Origin: Candidatus Oxydemutatoraceae bacterium
Lineage (GTDB): Bacteria > Pseudomonadota > Gammaproteobacteria > Poriferisulfidales > Oxydemutatoraceae
Assembly: GCA_965218975.1 (NCBI GenBank)
Contig: OZ244717.1
Span: forward strand, 1,984,001-2,048,000
DNA length: 64,000 bases
Direction of reading: 5' to 3'
Part shown: in pieces, positions 1-13,744 of the stretch
How positions within the stretch are numbered: the first letter of the stretch is position 1
Layout of the letters: every line of letters begins with the position of its first letter
Position numbers and translations under genes: made by a program
The notes under the pieces: generated by a model
Seen by the model: only the letters and a program-made list of their open reading frames with translations
What the model was told of the DNA's origin: nothing
Database searches by the model: none

Positions 1-1105
<1,105 letters not shown>

Positions 1106-4100
1106 TTAATTACCGAAACGAATATCTTTACGCGATTCCAGCTCAATATTGATCCCCATTGATCGCACTTCTTTAACTAAAACATTAAAGGATTCCGGTA
1201 TGTTGGCTTCAATACTGTAGTTGTTGTTCGTAATGTTCTTATACACTCGGCTACGCCCGCTCATATCGTCCGACTTAACGGTCAGCATTTCCTGCAATAA
1301 ATACGCCGCGCCGTACGCCTCTAATGCCCACACCTCCATTTCACCAAACCGCTGTCCGCCTAATTGTGCTTTACCGCCTAACGGTTGCTGTGTGACCATG
1401 CTATAAGGTCCTGTGGAGCGTGCATGCATTTTGTCATCAACAAGATGATTTAATTTCATCATATACATGTAGCCGACCGTCACCGGATGATCAAATGGCT
1501 TACCTGTTCGCCCGTCAAACAAACGAATCTGACCGGAAATCGGGAAACCCGACATTTCAAGCATTTTCTTGACTTCTTGCTCATGCGCACCGTCAAACAC
1601 CGGTGTCGCCATCGGCACGCCAGCCACCAGATTCTTTGATAAGGTGATCACTTCACGATTCGTCAACGTATCAATCGCTTCTTTTCTACCCTCGCTCGTG
1701 TTATATATTTCATTTAACAACTTGCGTACTTCAGTCTGCCGTGTATTCTCGTCAATAAGCTTTTTAATTTTCTTGCCAAGATGTTTTGCAGCCGCACCGA
1801 GATGTGTTTCCAACACTTGCCCGACATTCATCCGCGAAGGCACTCCCAAAGGATTCAGTACAATATCAACCGGTGTTCCATCTTCCATGTGAGGCATATC
1901 CTCAACCGGAACAATCATTGAAACAACCCCTTTATTGCCGTGGCGTCCGGCAAGCTTGTCACCCGCCTGCAGGCGACGCTTCACCGCAAGATGAACTTTA
2001 ACAATTTTGATTATTCCCGGCGCAAGATCATCCCCCGCTGTAAGCTTTTCTTTTTGCGCTTCGAGTTTCTTCTCAAATCGCTGACGCTGTATCCTGATCC
2101 GTTTGATTAAAGCTTCAAACTGCTTGCTGATCTTCTCGCTCTTCATCCTGATTTTGAGCCATTGAGCGCGCTCCAACCCATGCAAGTACTCACGAGTTAT
2201 TTTGGTTGAGGCTGACAAACCTCCAGGCCCTCCGGCAGCAATTCGGCCAACAAGCAATTTTTCAATCCGGTCGTAAATATCGTTCTCATAAATCCTTAAC
2301 TCATCATTCATGTCCTTACGAATTCTTTCGATTTCCACCTCCTCGATATTCAATGCACGCGAGTCTTTCTCTGTTCCTTCGCGAGTAAATACTTGAACAT
2401 CAATCACTGTCCCTTCAACTCCGGACGGGACTTTTAAAGAGGTGTCTTTCACATCGGAAGCTTTTTCGCCAAAAATGGCACGCAGAAGTTTTTCTTCCGG
2501 TGTCAATTGACTTTCACTCTTCGGCGTAACTTTCCCGACAAGAATATCGCCGGTTTTAACTTCAGCGCCGATATATACAATTCCGGATTCATCCAGCTTC
2601 TTCAAAAACCCTTCGCTGACATTAGGAATGTCGGCGGTAATTTCATCCGGACCAAGCTTAGTGTCCCGAGCAATACATGTCAGTTCTTGAATGTGGATTG
2701 TCGTAAAACGATCCTCTTCAACTACTCGCTCAGAAATAAGGATGGAATCTTCAAAATTGTATCCGTTCCATGGCATAAACGCGACTAATACATTTTGCCC
2801 CAACGCAAGCTCGCCCAAATCGGTTGCCGAACCGTCCGCAAGCACATCCCCGGTAACCACACGATCACCTCGACTGACCAAGGGGCGTTGATTGATACAG
2901 GTGTCTTGATTGGACCGCCGGTACTTAGTCAATTGATAAATATCCACCCCCGAATCATCGGCAGTATTCTTCTTTTCATCAACGCGTACAACGATGCGTC
3001 CCGCATCAACCATATCCACCACACCGCCACGATGAACAATCACAACGGTTCCCGAGTTTACTGCCACCGCACTTTCAATCCCAGTGCCAACTAAAGGTTT
3101 CTCCGGACGTAGTGTCGGTACCGCCTGCCGTTGCATATTGGACCCCATCAATGCGCGGTTGGCGTCATCATGCTCAAGAAAAGGAATCAATGACGCGGCA
3201 ATTGAAACAATCTGCTTAGGCGATACATCCATGTATTCGACACGTTCCGGCGGAAGTAAAGAAAACTCGTTCTTATGCCGGCAAGAAACCAACTCGTCAA
3301 CAAGTTTGCCTTTGTCATCAACAATGGCATTCGCTTGAGCAATCACATAATCGCTTTCTTCAATTGCCGAAAGATACATGATTTTATTAGTGACTTTGCC
3401 ATTGGAAACTCGTAAATAAGGTGTTTCTAAAAATCCATATCGATCTGTTCTTGCGTAAACCGCCAATGAATTGATCAAGCCAATATTCGGCCCTTCAGGG
3501 GTTTCAATCGGGCACAATCTGCCGTAGTGCGTAGGATGCACGTCACGCACCTCAAAACCGGCATGTTCGCGCGTCAGCCCTCCAGGCCCCAGCGCTGAAA
3601 TTCGGCGCTTATGAGTCACTTCCGACAACGGATTATTTTGGTCCATAAATTGCGACAACGGACTGGAGCCAAAAAATTCTTTGATGACGGCGGAAACTGG
3701 CTTCGGATTAATCAAGTCTTTCGGACTCAGATCTTCGGTTTCCGCCAGCGTCAGACGCTCCTTTACCACTCGTTCAATCCGCGTCAATCCGTTTCTGAAA
3801 ACATTTTCCACCATCTCACCGACACAACGGACTCGGCGGTTGCCCAGATGATCAATATCATCAACCTTCCCCTCTCCGTTACGCACCGCAATAATCTTTT
3901 TCATCACATCAATAATGTCTTGCTTATTCAACGTGCTATTGCCGGTTACTTTCTTATAGCCTACTGCCGTATTGAATTTCATCCTACCGCAAGCAGATAA
4001 ATCATAGCGTTCCGGATTTTGAAACAAATTGTAAAATAAAACTTTAGCGGAATCTCTTGTCGGCGGTTCGCCCGGTCTGATCACACGGTAAATGGCCTCT

Positions 4101-5209
4101 TGCGCTTGCTCCTCATTTTCGGTTTTATCCAGCCTTAGAGTGTTAGAAATATACGGCCCTCGATTGATCTCATTCACGAAAATCGTGTCAATTTTCTTAA
4201 TTCCCGCCGATTGTAAGGCAGTCACTAAAGCTGCGGTGATTTCAGTATTTACCGGAGCTAAAATTTCACCGGTCTTTTTGTCAACAATCGCACTGGCAGT
4301 TACTCTCTCATATAAATACTCATACGGTACTTCCAAAACTTTGAGGTGAAACTCCTTCATCCGTTTGACATGGCGCTGGGTGATACGATTACCGGATTCA
4401 ACCACAGTTTTACCTTTGATCTCAATATCGAACTGCAACAACTCGCCCAGCAGACGATCAGGGCTCAATTCCATTTTGCAACTATCTTTGCCCAGCCTGA
4501 TACGATCCTTTTCAAAGAATGTATCTATGATTTCGTCGTTGCTCATACCCAAAGCATGTAACAGAATTGTTGCCGGTTCTTTACGTCGTCGATCAATGCG
4601 GATGAATAGGTTGTCGTTGATGTCAAACTCAAAGTCTAGCCAGGAACCACGATAAGGAATAATACGTGCGGAGTAGAGTAATTTTCCCGAAGCGTCGGTT
4701 TTACCCTTGTCGTGCTCAAAGAAGACTCCGGGAGAGCGATGTAACTGTGAGATGACTACCCGTTCAGTGCCGTTGACAATGAACGTGCCGGTCTCAGTCA
4801 TCAGCGGAAGATTACCTAAGAATACTTTGTCTTCTTTAACTTCTTTCACTTTCTTGACATCGTCTTTCTTCGTTGACTTCTCATACACAACCAACTTCAA
4901 TGTCACGTATAATGGTGCTTCATAGCTTTTGCCCCGTAGCTTACATTCCTTCACCTCAAGTTCAGGTTCGCGCAATTCATAACCGCTATAAAGCAATTCA
5001 ACATTACCCGAATGACTGACAATCGGAAACACGGAATGGAATGCGTTGTTTAAACCAACTTTTCCTCGTTTACCGGGTTCTTTATCCGCTTGTAAAAAAT
5101 GTGCAAAAGAATCTGTTTGAATCTGTAAAATCGGAGGTATTGCAAGCTTCTCAACCCGCTTGCCAAAATTCTTCCGTATCCTTTTTTTCTCAGCATAAGT
5201 ATATTTCAT
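1106..5209 (-). CDS. rpoB: RNA polymerase beta subunit
   Basis: 1367 aa; [30 protein letters not shown] and GGQRFGEME motifs. Confidence 0.99.
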   Translation of the reverse strand: MKYTYAEKKRIRKNFGKRVEKLAIPPILQIQTDSFAHFLQADKEPGKRGKVGLNNAFHSVFPIVSHSGNVELLYSGYELREPELEVKECKLRGKSYEAPLYVTLKLVVYEKSTKKDDVKKVKEVKEDKVFLGNLPLMTETGTFIVNGTERVVISQLHRSPGVFFEHDKGKTDASGKLLYSARIIPYRGSWLDFEFDINDNLFIRIDRRRKEPATILLHALGMSNDEIIDTFFEKDRIRLGKDSCKMELSPDRLLGELLQFDIEIKGKTVVESGNRITQRHVKRMKEFHLKVLEVPYEYLYERVTASAIVDKKTGEILAPVNTEITAALVTALQSAGIKKIDTIFVNEINRGPYISNTLRLDKTENEEQAQEAIYRVIRPGEPPTRDSAKVLFYNLFQNPERYDLSACGRMKFNTAVGYKKVTGNSTLNKQDIIDVMKKIIAVRNGEGKVDDIDHLGNRRVRCVGEMVENVFRNGLTRIERVVKERLTLAETEDLSPKDLINPKPVSAVIKEFFGSSPLSQFMDQNNPLSEVTHKRRISALGPGGLTREHAGFEVRDVHPTHYGRLCPIETPEGPNIGLINSLAVYARTDRYGFLETPYLRVSNGKVTNKIMYLSAIEESDYVIAQANAIVDDKGKLVDELVSCRHKNEFSLLPPERVEYMDVSPKQIVSIAASLIPFLEHDDANRALMGSNMQRQAVPTLRPEKPLVGTGIESAVAVNSGTVVIVHRGGVVDMVDAGRIVVRVDEKKNTADDSGVDIYQLTKYRRSNQDTCINQRPLVSRGDRVVTGDVLADGSATDLGELALGQNVLVAFMPWNGYNFEDSILISERVVEEDRFTTIHIQELTCIARDTKLGPDEITADIPNVSEGFLKKLDESGIVYIGAEVKTGDILVGKVTPKSESQLTPEEKLLRAIFGEKASDVKDTSLKVPSGVEGTVIDVQVFTREGTEKDSRALNIEEVEIERIRKDMNDELRIYENDIYDRIEKLLVGRIAAGGPGGLSASTKITREYLHGLERAQWLKIRMKSEKISKQFEALIKRIRIQRQRFEKKLEAQKEKLTAGDDLAPGIIKIVKVHLAVKRRLQAGDKLAGRHGNKGVVSMIVPVEDMPHMEDGTPVDIVLNPLGVPSRMNVGQVLETHLGAAAKHLGKKIKKLIDENTRQTEVRKLLNEIYNTSEGRKEAIDTLTNREVITLSKNLVAGVPMATPVFDGAHEQEVKKMLEMSGFPISGQIRLFDGRTGKPFDHPVTVGYMYMMKLNHLVDDKMHARSTGPYSMVTQQPLGGKAQLGGQRFGEMEVWALEAYGAAYLLQEMLTVKSDDMSGRSRVYKNITNNNYSIEANIPESFNVLVKEVRSMGINIELESRKDIRFGN

Positions 5210-5305
5210 AGGTCACTATTGGGTTATCAATTAAAAATAAGCGCCCTTGCCGGATATTTGCCGCAAATGCACAATAATTTAACATCCGATCCGGCGATGC
5301 CTTTA

Positions 5306-5683
5306 TTACTTTAATTCAACCGTCGCTCCGACTTCCTCAAGTTGCTTCTTAACCGTCTCCGCTTCTTCTTTTGCAACACCCTCTTTGATTGTAATCGGGA
5401 CTCCTTCAACCATTTCTTTAGCCTCTTTTAGCCCGAGGCCGGTAACAGTACGTACCACTTTAATTGCTGCAACTTTATTATCGCCAAATGCGTTCATTAC
5501 GATATCGAACGCATCTTTTTCTTCAGCAACGGCGGCAGAATGATCTCCGGCAGGGACAGCCGAGGCAACCATCGTTGCAGCTGATACTCCAAATTTTTCT
5601 TCCATTGAAGAAACAAGATCAACAATATCCATTACCGACATGTTTGAAATCGTTTCAATAATTTCCTCTTTTGACAAGGACAT
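5306..5683 (-). CDS. rplL: 50S ribosomal protein L7/L12
   Basis: [10 protein letters not shown]...[20 protein letters not shown]; start moved to ATG 5683 after GGAGG. Confidence 0.98.
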   Translation of the reverse strand: MSLSKEEIIETISNMSVMDIVDLVSSMEEKFGVSAATMVASAVPAGDHSAAVAEEKDAFDIVMNAFGDNKVAAIKVVRTVTGLGLKEAKEMVEGVPITIKEGVAKEEAETVKKQLEEVGATVELK

Positions 5684-5719
5684 AACAACCTCCTTTAGGT
5701 AAATGTTTAAAAACAATAA

Positions 5720-6262
5720 TTATTTTTCTGGTAAGGCGCTTTGCTCTTTTTGTTCCTTGACCGCCGCAAAGACACGTACTAACTTTGATGGCACATCTGT
5801 TAAGACGCGAACGAACTGCGTAATAGGCGCTTTCATAGTCGCCATCAGCATTGCAATAGCCTCATCGCATGTCGGCAAATTAGCCAAACGGTCAACCATG
5901 GATATATCCATCAACATCCCTTCGACAGCAACCAACTTGACCTCAATGCTATCGTGTTCTTTAGCAAATTCTTTGAATAATTGAGCCGCCGCACCAGGAT
6001 CTTCTTGCGAAAACGCCCACACTAAGGGACCAGTCAATTTATCACTCATGCACTGGTAACTAGTGCCGCTGAGACCGCGACGCGCCAAAGTATTTTTTAT
6101 CACACGTAAATATATATTTTGCTCGCGCGCACGAGAACGTAATTGGGTCATTTCAGAAACAGTGAGTCCCCTATAGTCAGCCGCAATCGCCGAATGCGCA
6201 TTTGCCGCGATTTCATTGAGATCCGAAACAATCCGCTGTTTCTCTTCCAGAGTCTGTGCCAT
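5720..6262 (-). CDS. rplJ: 50S ribosomal protein L10
   Basis: ADYRGLTVSEMTQLR...VIKNTLARR; operon position. Confidence 0.97.
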   Translation of the reverse strand: MAQTLEEKQRIVSDLNEIAANAHSAIAADYRGLTVSEMTQLRSRAREQNIYLRVIKNTLARRGLSGTSYQCMSDKLTGPLVWAFSQEDPGAAAQLFKEFAKEHDSIEVKLVAVEGMLMDISMVDRLANLPTCDEAIAMLMATMKAPITQFVRVLTDVPSKLVRVFAAVKEQKEQSALPEK

Positions 6263-6344
6263 TAAATTGTCCTCCTGAGCGTCAAAAACAGACTATCCGG
6301 GCTAAAGAGCGATGCCTTGTCACAAGACACAACTTGTAGCAAGT

Positions 6345-6410
6345 AATACAGCGTCTGCGCAAGCATGAAGTATTAAGCATCAAATAGCATGCGGCTTTTA
6401 ACAACTCCAG
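6345..6410 (-). promoter_or_regulatory. Probable L10 (rplJ) leader autoregulatory RNA
   Basis: Minus strand ...CCGCATG...CTTAA...CTTGCGCAGACG in the rplA-rplJ spacer resembles the L10 leader; bounds approximate. Confidence 0.55.
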
Positions 6411-6482
6411 AGCCTAGCCTCCGGAGAAAAAGTCTGTCATTTTTTTGGTGTTGCTGATCCACTGTCGTACCGGCTTCTTATC

Positions 6483-7178
6483 TCAATAAGCTAATGCACT
6501 GCGATCAATCGTCAAACCCGGTCCCATCGTCGATGAAACTGTAACTTTCTTAAGATAAACCCCCTTCGCTGTCGCCGGTTTTTCTTTTAATACGGCGCTA
6601 AGCAGTGCATTTAAATTGTCGACGAGTTGGTCGGTCGCAAAGCTCAACTTACCGATAGTTCCATGAACAATACCGCCTTTATCGGCACGAAATTGCATCT
6701 GCCCGGCCTTAGCATTTTTAACCGCAGCAGATATATCGTCGGTCACCGTGCCGATTTTCGGATTCGGCATTAATCCTTTCGGGCCAAGTATTTGGCCAAG
6801 CTTTCCAAGCGTAGGCATCGCATCCGGTGAAGCAATAGCCACATCGAAATCAAAGTCACCCGATCTTACACGTTCGGCGAGGTCCTCTAAGCCGACGACA
6901 TCAGCGCCGGCTTCTTTGGCAAGCGCAACTCGATCACCTTCGGTAAATACCGCAACTTTCACAGTCTTACCTAAACCATGCGGAAAATTGATAGAACCGC
7001 GTACCGTTTGGTCGCCTTTTTTCGGATTGATGCCTAAATTAATACTCGCATCTACTGATTCAATAAATTTTACCGCTCCGCATTCTTTCAATAAATCAAA
7101 AGCTGCGACTGGCATATATGCTTTTTTTGCTTCTAATTTCTTAGAAATATTGCGCATTCTTTTCCCCGATTGACTCAT
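6483..7178 (-). CDS. rplA: 50S ribosomal protein L1
   Basis: LGQILGPKGLMPNPK and SSTMGPG motifs. Confidence 0.98.
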   Translation of the reverse strand: MSQSGKRMRNISKKLEAKKAYMPVAAFDLLKECGAVKFIESVDASINLGINPKKGDQTVRGSINFPHGLGKTVKVAVFTEGDRVALAKEAGADVVGLEDLAERVRSGDFDFDVAIASPDAMPTLGKLGQILGPKGLMPNPKIGTVTDDISAAVKNAKAGQMQFRADKGGIVHGTIGKLSFATDQLVDNLNALLSAVLKEKPATAKGVYLKKVTVSSTMGPGLTIDRSALAY

Positions 7179-7182
7179 GGTT

Positions 7183-7614
7183 TTATCCTTCCTCAACATT
7201 AAGTCCCATACTACGAGCGCTACCGGCTATGGTACGAACTGCCGCCTCAAGATTAGCAGCAGTCAAATCCGGCTTTTTTGTTTTAGCAATTTCTTCAAGC
7301 TGCCGCCGGGTAACGGTACCAACTTTCTCGCTGTTCGGTTTGCCACTGCCTTTGTCAACCCCTGCCGCTTTCTTTAACAACACCGATGCGGGCGTTGTTT
7401 TGACAACAAAAGTAAAACTCTTATCTTCATACACGGAAACTACCACAGGCACCGGCATTCCTTTGTCAAGCGTCTGAGTTTGCGCATTAAACGCCTTGCA
7501 GAAATCCATGATGTTTAAACCATGCTGCCCTAATGCGGGGCCGACCGGCGGACTTGGATTGGCATTGCCTGCCGGAACTTGCAATTTCACGTATTTGTCA
7601 AACTTAGCTACCAT
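7183..7614 (-). CDS. rplK: 50S ribosomal protein L11
   Basis: [15 protein letters not shown] motif. Confidence 0.99.
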   Translation of the reverse strand: MVAKFDKYVKLQVPAGNANPSPPVGPALGQHGLNIMDFCKAFNAQTQTLDKGMPVPVVVSVYEDKSFTFVVKTTPASVLLKKAAGVDKGSGKPNSEKVGTVTRRQLEEIAKTKKPDLTAANLEAAVRTIAGSARSMGLNVEEG

Positions 7615-7641
7615 TGTAATCAGCGCTTTCCATATTGAACG

Positions 7642-8178
7642 TCAAATCTTTTCAACCTGACCGAATTCAAGCTCGACCGGGGTTGAGCGTCCGAAAATTT
7701 GAACAGACACAAGCAACTTATCTTTTTCATAGCTCACCTCTTCAACCACTGCATCAAAATCATTAAACGGACCGTCTATCACCCGTACCGCTTCACCTGC
7801 TTCAAAAAGGACTTTGGGCTTGGGTTGTTCGGCGCCAGCCTGAATGCCCTGCAGGATCGCTCGCACTTCCGCCTCCGAAAGCGGTATCGGCTTATCCCGG
7901 TTACCGCCGATAAACCCTTTAATTTTCGGCACACTATTCACCAAATGCCATGTTTCATCAGTCATGTCCATATCTACCAAAATATAACCCGGAAACAACT
8001 TGCGCGTCGTACGTCGTTTTTTACCCGAACGCATCTCAATTACATCCTCACAGGGCACTAAAATGTCACGGAACCGATCGCTCATGCCTGAATTGGCAAT
8101 TCTTTGCTCAAGCACGGTTTTCACCTGTTTTTCAAAACCAGAGTATGCCTGTACTACAAACCATCCGAATGCCATCAT
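7642..8178 (-). CDS. nusG: Transcription elongation/antitermination factor NusG
   Basis: [21 protein letters not shown] motif [18 protein letters not shown]. Confidence 0.98.
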   Translation of the reverse strand: MMAFGWFVVQAYSGFEKQVKTVLEQRIANSGMSDRFRDILVPCEDVIEMRSGKKRRTTRKLFPGYILVDMDMTDETWHLVNSVPKIKGFIGGNRDKPIPLSEAEVRAILQGIQAGAEQPKPKVLFEAGEAVRVIDGPFNDFDAVVEEVSYEKDKLLVSVQIFGRSTPVELEFGQVEKI

Positions 8179-8186
8179 CCATACCC

Positions 8187-8549
8187 TCAGTAAATAACTA
8201 AACCCATGAACCAACTTAAAAACAAATCAACCATCCACAAAAATATCGCAACAACAATGACCGCAACAAACACGATCAACGTTGTCTGCAAAGTTTCGGT
8301 CTTAGTCGGCCATATCATTTTGCGCAACTCAAGCCGTGCCGCCTGCAGAAAATCAGCGGCGAATTTGCCTTTCTCAGTTGTAAAAAAGATGCTTGCGGCA
8401 ACTACAAAAGCAGCAACCAAACCCAACACGCGGAAAAGAAAAGAAACTTCACTAAAGTAATAAAATAATACAGTGGAAACCGCAAGCAAACCGCTCATGG
8501 TAACCCACTTAATTCTATCTACCGCCGATATCTTTTCCGCTTGCGCCAT
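8187..8549 (-). CDS. secE: Preprotein translocase subunit SecE
   Basis: Three TM segments, ELRKMIWPT motif, upstream of nusG. Confidence 0.96.
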   Translation of the reverse strand: MAQAEKISAVDRIKWVTMSGLLAVSTVLFYYFSEVSFLFRVLGLVAAFVVAASIFFTTEKGKFAADFLQAARLELRKMIWPTKTETLQTTLIVFVAVIVVAIFLWMVDLFLSWFMGLVIY

Positions 8550-8604
8550 TTTGGTTACCTCTTAATTAATCTCTACAAAAGCGCTGACATCAACTCTATT
8601 GCGG

Positions 8605-8677
<73 letters not shown>

Positions 8678-8704
8678 TCGTCACGACACTTACCTCTGCC
8701 ACCC

Positions 8705-9889
8705 TTATTCGATCACTTTTGTGACAATACCCGCACCGACTGTGCGGCCCCCCTCGCGTACCGCAAAACGCAAACCCTCTTCCATCGCAATCGGCGCGAT
8801 CAGATTCACTACCATCTTGATATTGTCTCCCGGCATCACCATCTCAACATCCGACGGTAACTCTACTTCACCCGTTACATCCGTTGTCCGAAAATAAAAC
8901 TGCGGACGATAACCCTTGAAAAAAGGTGTGTGTCGCCCCCCCTCTTCTTTCGACAAAATATAAACCTCCGCCTCAAACTTCGTATGCGGCGTAATACTGT
9001 TCGGCTTACATAATACTTGACCGCGTTCCACTTCATCGCGCTTCGTGCCACGCAATAATATCCCAACATTGTCACCCGCTCGACCCTCATCCAATAACTT
9101 CCGAAACATCTCGACTCCGGTACACGTCGTCTCTTGAGTCGATTTAATTCCTACGATCGATACCGTATCTCCAATCTTTACCATGCCGCGCTCTATACGC
9201 CCCGTGACAACCGTCCCGCGACCCGATATCGAAAAAACGTCTTCCACCGGCATCAAAAAGTCTCCGTCTATCGCACGCTCCGGTTCCGGAATATAACTGT
9301 CCATCGCCACCACCAACTTCTCGATTGATTCCTCCCCCATACCGTCGCCTACCAAAGCCTGCAATGCCGAACCGGAAATAATCGGCGTCTCATCTCCAGG
9401 AAACTCATAACGGCTCAATAAATCACGCACTTCCATTTCCACTAACTCCATTAACTCCGCATCGTCCACCATGTCCGACTTGTTCAAATACACGACAATA
9501 TACGGAACGCCAACCTGACGCGCCAACAAAATGTGCTCACGCGTTTGCGGCATCGGACCGTCCGCAGCGCTTACAACCAGAATCGCACCGTCCATTTGCG
9601 CCGCACCCGTAATCATATTCTTGACATAATCCGCATGCCCCGGACAATCCACATGCGCATAATGACGCCGGTTCGATTCATACTCAACATGCGCCGTCGC
9701 GATTGTAATCCCGCGTTCGCGTTCTTCCGGCGCATTATCAATATCTTCATACGGCTTGAATTCACCGCCTTGCTTTGCCGACATCACTTTCGTCAGCGCC
9801 GCCGTCAATGTTGTTTTGCCATGGTCAACATGACCTATCGTGCCTACATTAATATGCGGCTTCGTTCGTTCAAATCTCTCTTTAGACAT
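8705..9889 (-). CDS. tuf: Elongation factor Tu
   Basis: [21 protein letters not shown]; 394 aa. Confidence 0.99.
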   Translation of the reverse strand: MSKERFERTKPHINVGTIGHVDHGKTTLTAALTKVMSAKQGGEFKPYEDIDNAPEERERGITIATAHVEYESNRRHYAHVDCPGHADYVKNMITGAAQMDGAILVVSAADGPMPQTREHILLARQVGVPYIVVYLNKSDMVDDAELMELVEMEVRDLLSRYEFPGDETPIISGSALQALVGDGMGEESIEKLVVAMDSYIPEPERAIDGDFLMPVEDVFSISGRGTVVTGRIERGMVKIGDTVSIVGIKSTQETTCTGVEMFRKLLDEGRAGDNVGILLRGTKRDEVERGQVLCKPNSITPHTKFEAEVYILSKEEGGRHTPFFKGYRPQFYFRTTDVTGEVELPSDVEMVMPGDNIKMVVNLIAPIAMEEGLRFAVREGGRTVGAGIVTKVIE

Positions 9890-9909
9890 TACGGTTCTCC
9901 TTGTAAAAC

Positions 9910-12012
9910 TTATTTAGTAAACTTATTCTTTATGACTTCTTCGGCAACATTGTTTGGCACCTCAACATACTTGGAAAACTCCATCGTATAGGTTGCTCTA
10001 CCTTGTGTCGCCGAACGTAAGTCAGTTGCGTAACCGAACATCTCTTTTAGCGGTACTTCTGCGGCGATAACTTTACCGAGTTGGGCATCCTCCATGCCGT
10101 TTACTAACCCGCGACGGCGATTTAAATCGCCAACGACATCTCCCATATAATCTTCAGGCGTAATCACTTCAACTTTCATCATCGGTTCAAGCAAAACCGG
10201 TAATGCCTGTATCGCACCCTGCTTAAAACATTGAGCGCCGGCAATTTTAAAAGCAATTTCAGACGAATCAACCTCATGAAAGGAACCATCAAATAAAGTA
10301 ACCTTAACGTCAACCAGCGGATAGCTTGCAAGCACGCCGTTTTCCATTTGCTCACGCACACCTTTATCAACCGCAGGAATATATTCGCGAGGGATAACAC
10401 CGCCTGCGATCTTATTCACAAACTCATAACCAGCGCCTCTCTCACGAGGTTCAACTCTAAGCCAAACATGCCCATATTGGCCACGCCCGCCGGATTGCCT
10501 AATGAACTTCCCTTCGTTCTCAACTGTTTTACATATTGTCTCACGATAAGCAACTTGCGGCGCACCAATATTGGCATCCACATTAAACTCACGTTTCATT
10601 CGGTCAACAATAATTTCGAGATGCAATTCGCCCATACCGGAAATAATCGTTTGCCCGGATTCCTCATCCGTCGCAACTTTGAAAGACGGATCTTCTTGCG
10701 CCAACTTCTGCAAGGCAATCCCCATCTTCTCCTGGTCCGCTTTAGTCTTCGGCTCCACTGCCACGGAAATAACCGGTGCGGGAAACTCCATCCGCTCCAA
10801 TACAATATGATTGTTAACGTCGCATAAAGTCTCGCCGGTGGCAATATCCTTTAATCCGACTGCCGCTGCAATGTCGCCGGCACACACTTCCTTGATTTCT
10901 TCGCGTGCATTGGAATGCATCTGCAACAGTCTTCCGACCCGTTCTTTTCTTTTCTTATTTGGATTGTATATTGAATCACCGGATTTCAACACACCTGAAT
11001 AAACCCGGAAAAAAGTTAATGAACCGACAAAGGGATCGGTGGCAATTTTAAATGCAAGAGCAGCAAAATCTTCATCATCGGATGATTGTCTTATGGGAAC
11101 TCTCTTACCATCTTCGGCAACACCCTTCACCGGCGGAATATCAATTGGGGAAGGAAGATAATAAACAACCGCATCAAGCAACGCTTGCACGCCCTTGTTT
11201 TTAAAAGCCGAACCGCATAGTACCGGAACCACCTCATTTGCCAAAGTACGTAACCTCAAACCTTGGCGAATTTCATCCTCAGATAATGTTTCCGATTCAA
11301 GGTATTTATCCATTAAGTGCTCATTAGCTTCAGCAGCAGCTTCTATCATCAGATGCCGCCATCGGCTACATTCCGCTTGCATCCCTTCTGGAATATCCTT
11401 TGTTTGATAGCTGACGCCTTTGTCACTATCATTCCATAAAATCGCTTTTTGGCCAACTAAATCGACAACACCCACAAAATCACTTTCTTTGCCTATCGGC
11501 AACTGCACCGGAACGGGGTTAGACCCGAGACGATTCCGAATTTGATCAACCACCCTTAGAAAATCAGCGCCCGAACGATCCATTTTATTGACAAAAGCAA
11601 TGCGCGGAACATAATACCGCTCCGCTTGCCGCCAAACTGTTTCGGATTGGGGTTCAACGCCGCCAACTGCACAGAAAACGGCGGTCGCCCCATCCAATAC
11701 ACGTAACGATCGTTCAACCTCGATAGTAAAATCAACGTGTCCCGGCGTGTCAATGATATTAATCCGATATTCCTTAAACTTCTGATCCATCCCTTTCCAA
11801 AAACAGGTCGTTGCGGCGGAGGTGATAGTAATTCCACGCTCCTGTTCCTGTTCCATCCAGTCCATTACCGCAGCCCCATCATGCACTTCACCAATCTTAT
11901 GCGAGATGCCGGTATAAAATAAAACGCGCTCGGTAGTAGTGGTTTTACCCGCATCAATGTGTGCCATAATGCCTATATTGCGGTAATTATCTATGGGGGT
12001 TGTTCGCGCCAT
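9910..12012 (-). CDS. fusA: Elongation factor G
   Basis: [17 protein letters not shown]; 700 aa. Confidence 0.99.
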   Translation of the reverse strand: MARTTPIDNYRNIGIMAHIDAGKTTTTERVLFYTGISHKIGEVHDGAAVMDWMEQEQERGITITSAATTCFWKGMDQKFKEYRINIIDTPGHVDFTIEVERSLRVLDGATAVFCAVGGVEPQSETVWRQAERYYVPRIAFVNKMDRSGADFLRVVDQIRNRLGSNPVPVQLPIGKESDFVGVVDLVGQKAILWNDSDKGVSYQTKDIPEGMQAECSRWRHLMIEAAAEANEHLMDKYLESETLSEDEIRQGLRLRTLANEVVPVLCGSAFKNKGVQALLDAVVYYLPSPIDIPPVKGVAEDGKRVPIRQSSDDEDFAALAFKIATDPFVGSLTFFRVYSGVLKSGDSIYNPNKKRKERVGRLLQMHSNAREEIKEVCAGDIAAAVGLKDIATGETLCDVNNHIVLERMEFPAPVISVAVEPKTKADQEKMGIALQKLAQEDPSFKVATDEESGQTIISGMGELHLEIIVDRMKREFNVDANIGAPQVAYRETICKTVENEGKFIRQSGGRGQYGHVWLRVEPRERGAGYEFVNKIAGGVIPREYIPAVDKGVREQMENGVLASYPLVDVKVTLFDGSFHEVDSSEIAFKIAGAQCFKQGAIQALPVLLEPMMKVEVITPEDYMGDVVGDLNRRRGLVNGMEDAQLGKVIAAEVPLKEMFGYATDLRSATQGRATYTMEFSKYVEVPNNVAEEVIKNKFTK

Positions 12013-12061
12013 TGCTTAATTTCTTAATTTGCAGTTTGTATTGTCGAGCCAAACGGTAAAT

Positions 12062-12538
12062 CTACCAGCGATAATGTGAAAACGCTTTGTTGGCTTCGAC
12101 CATTTTCATGGTATCTTCGCGCTTCTTAACAGCCATTCCTTTATTTTCCGCCGCACTCATTAACTCTTGCGCTAATTTTAAACCCATAGACTTATCGCGA
12201 CGTTTGCGTGCCGCCTCGATCAGCCAACGCATCGCTAGAGTACCCTGACGGGTAGGACGCACCTCAACGGGTACCTGATAAGTTGCTCCGCCAACTCGTC
12301 TTGACCGCACTTCAACTTTGGGCTTCACGTTATCCAACGCAGCATTAAATGCTTGTATAACTTGTTCATCGGTTTTACATGTTTTCAGCATGTGGTCAAA
12401 TGCTCCATAAACGATGCCTTCTGCGATCGATTTTTTGCCGTTTTTCATCACAATATTGATGAACTTGGCAACCGTTACATTCTTATATTTAGGGTCATGC
12501 GTGACCTCCCTCTTAGGGACTTCTCGACGCCGTGGCAT
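12062..12538 (-). CDS. rpsG: 30S ribosomal protein S7
   Basis: [11 protein letters not shown] motif. Confidence 0.99.
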   Translation of the reverse strand: MPRRREVPKREVTHDPKYKNVTVAKFINIVMKNGKKSIAEGIVYGAFDHMLKTCKTDEQVIQAFNAALDNVKPKVEVRSRRVGGATYQVPVEVRPTRQGTLAMRWLIEAARKRRDKSMGLKLAQELMSAAENKGMAVKKREDTMKMVEANKAFSHYRW

Positions 12539-12550
12539 ACTCTCTATCCT

Positions 12551-12925
12551 TTACGCCTTTGTTCTCTTAGTGCCGTACTTAGAGCGTCCCTGCTTGCGAT
12601 CTTCGACACCTTGCGTGTCAAAACTCCCGCGTACAGTATGGTACCGAACTCCCGGTAAATCTTTGACTCGACCACCGCGAATCAACACTACCGAGTGCTC
12701 TTGAAGATTATGCCCCTCTCCTCCGATATAAGCAGTCACTTCGTAACTGTTTGTTAAGCGAACACGCGCAACTTTGCGTAAAGCCGAATTTGGCTTTTTA
12801 GGCGTCGTCGTATAAACGCGGGTACAAACGCCCCGCCTTTGCGGACACCCCTCTAATGCCGGCACATTACTTTTAATAGTTTTTTGTTTCCGCGGTTTAC
12901 GCACTAACTGATTAATAGTTACCAT
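12551..12925 (-). CDS. rpsL: 30S ribosomal protein S12
   Basis: [11 protein letters not shown] and RVKDLPG motifs. Confidence 0.99.
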   Translation of the reverse strand: MVTINQLVRKPRKQKTIKSNVPALEGCPQRRGVCTRVYTTTPKKPNSALRKVARVRLTNSYEVTAYIGGEGHNLQEHSVVLIRGGRVKDLPGVRYHTVRGSFDTQGVEDRKQGRSKYGTKRTKA

Positions 12926-13037
12926 ATTGTCATATCATAGTGGTAGAGGTATTTTCAGTGGCTGAACCCTACGGGCAAATCCAACTCCTTAAGGTGCCAA
13001 ATTCAGGACCACCTCTGTCGATAAATAAAAGCAGAAT

Positions 13038-13066
13038 ATTCTATTAAAAAAAAGTTAAACAGTCAA
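13038..13066 (-). promoter_or_regulatory. sigma70 promoter of the rpsL operon
   Basis: TTGACT (13066-13061), 17-bp spacer, TAGAAT (13043-13038). Confidence 0.8.
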
Positions 13067-13178
13067 TATGCTTGTACGATGCCACCCTAAATGGGATTTC
13101 TGAAGGGCTTCGGGGGAAGCGTTCGGCAAGTAACATTCGGATCGGTGCTTTCTGTCCGTTGCCGGCATGAGGACGGCG

Positions 13179-13284
13179 CAGGGTGAGACGCGCCCGGAAA
13201 ACCGATCGGTTTTCAGCGGCGAACGACCCGACAAGGATGTCGGGGCTGGCGCTCATTGACAGAACCAAGTCTCGTCATGGACGA
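13179..13284 (+). repeat. ~107-bp hairpin unit, copy A1
   Basis: CAGGGTGAGACGCGCCCGGAAAACCGATCGGTTTTC...GTCATGGACGA. Confidence 0.95.
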
Positions 13285-13285
13285 G

Positions 13286-13392
13286 CAGGGTGAGACGCGC
13301 TCGGAAAACCGACCGGTTTTCAGCGGCGAACGACCCGACAAGGATGTCGGGGCTGGCGCTCATTGACAGAACCAAGTCTCGTCACGGATGAC
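13286..13392 (+). repeat. Hairpin unit, copy A2 (tail extends to ~13438)
   Basis: Tandem to A1, same unit with substitutions. Confidence 0.95.
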
Positions 13393-13637
13393 AGACACTT
13401 TGCTGATAACACACCAACAAACACAAAACGGTTTCATAACCGGTCATTGAATGCTTCCGTATCGGCGAATAGCAGGTCTTCTGCATGATCGATACAATCT
13501 TCTTGGACGGTGCGGTTGAAGCGCTCGATGTGCGCGTTCATTTTTGGACACTTGGGATAGGTCAGCCACTGCTCAATCACGGGTGATTCCCGGATGAGCC
13601 GGGCAAACTGTCCTTGAAACTCACTCCCGCCGTCCGT

Positions 13638-13744
13638 CAGGGTGAGACGCGCCCGGAAAACCGATCGGTTTTCAGCGGCGAACGACCCGACAAGGACGTC
13701 GGGGCTGGCGCTCATTGACAGAACCAAGTCTTGTCATGGACGAC
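13638..13744 (+). repeat. Hairpin unit, copy A3 (tail extends to ~13832)
   Basis: Same unit, joined at CAG within the L-T-D-G-G codons. Confidence 0.95.
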
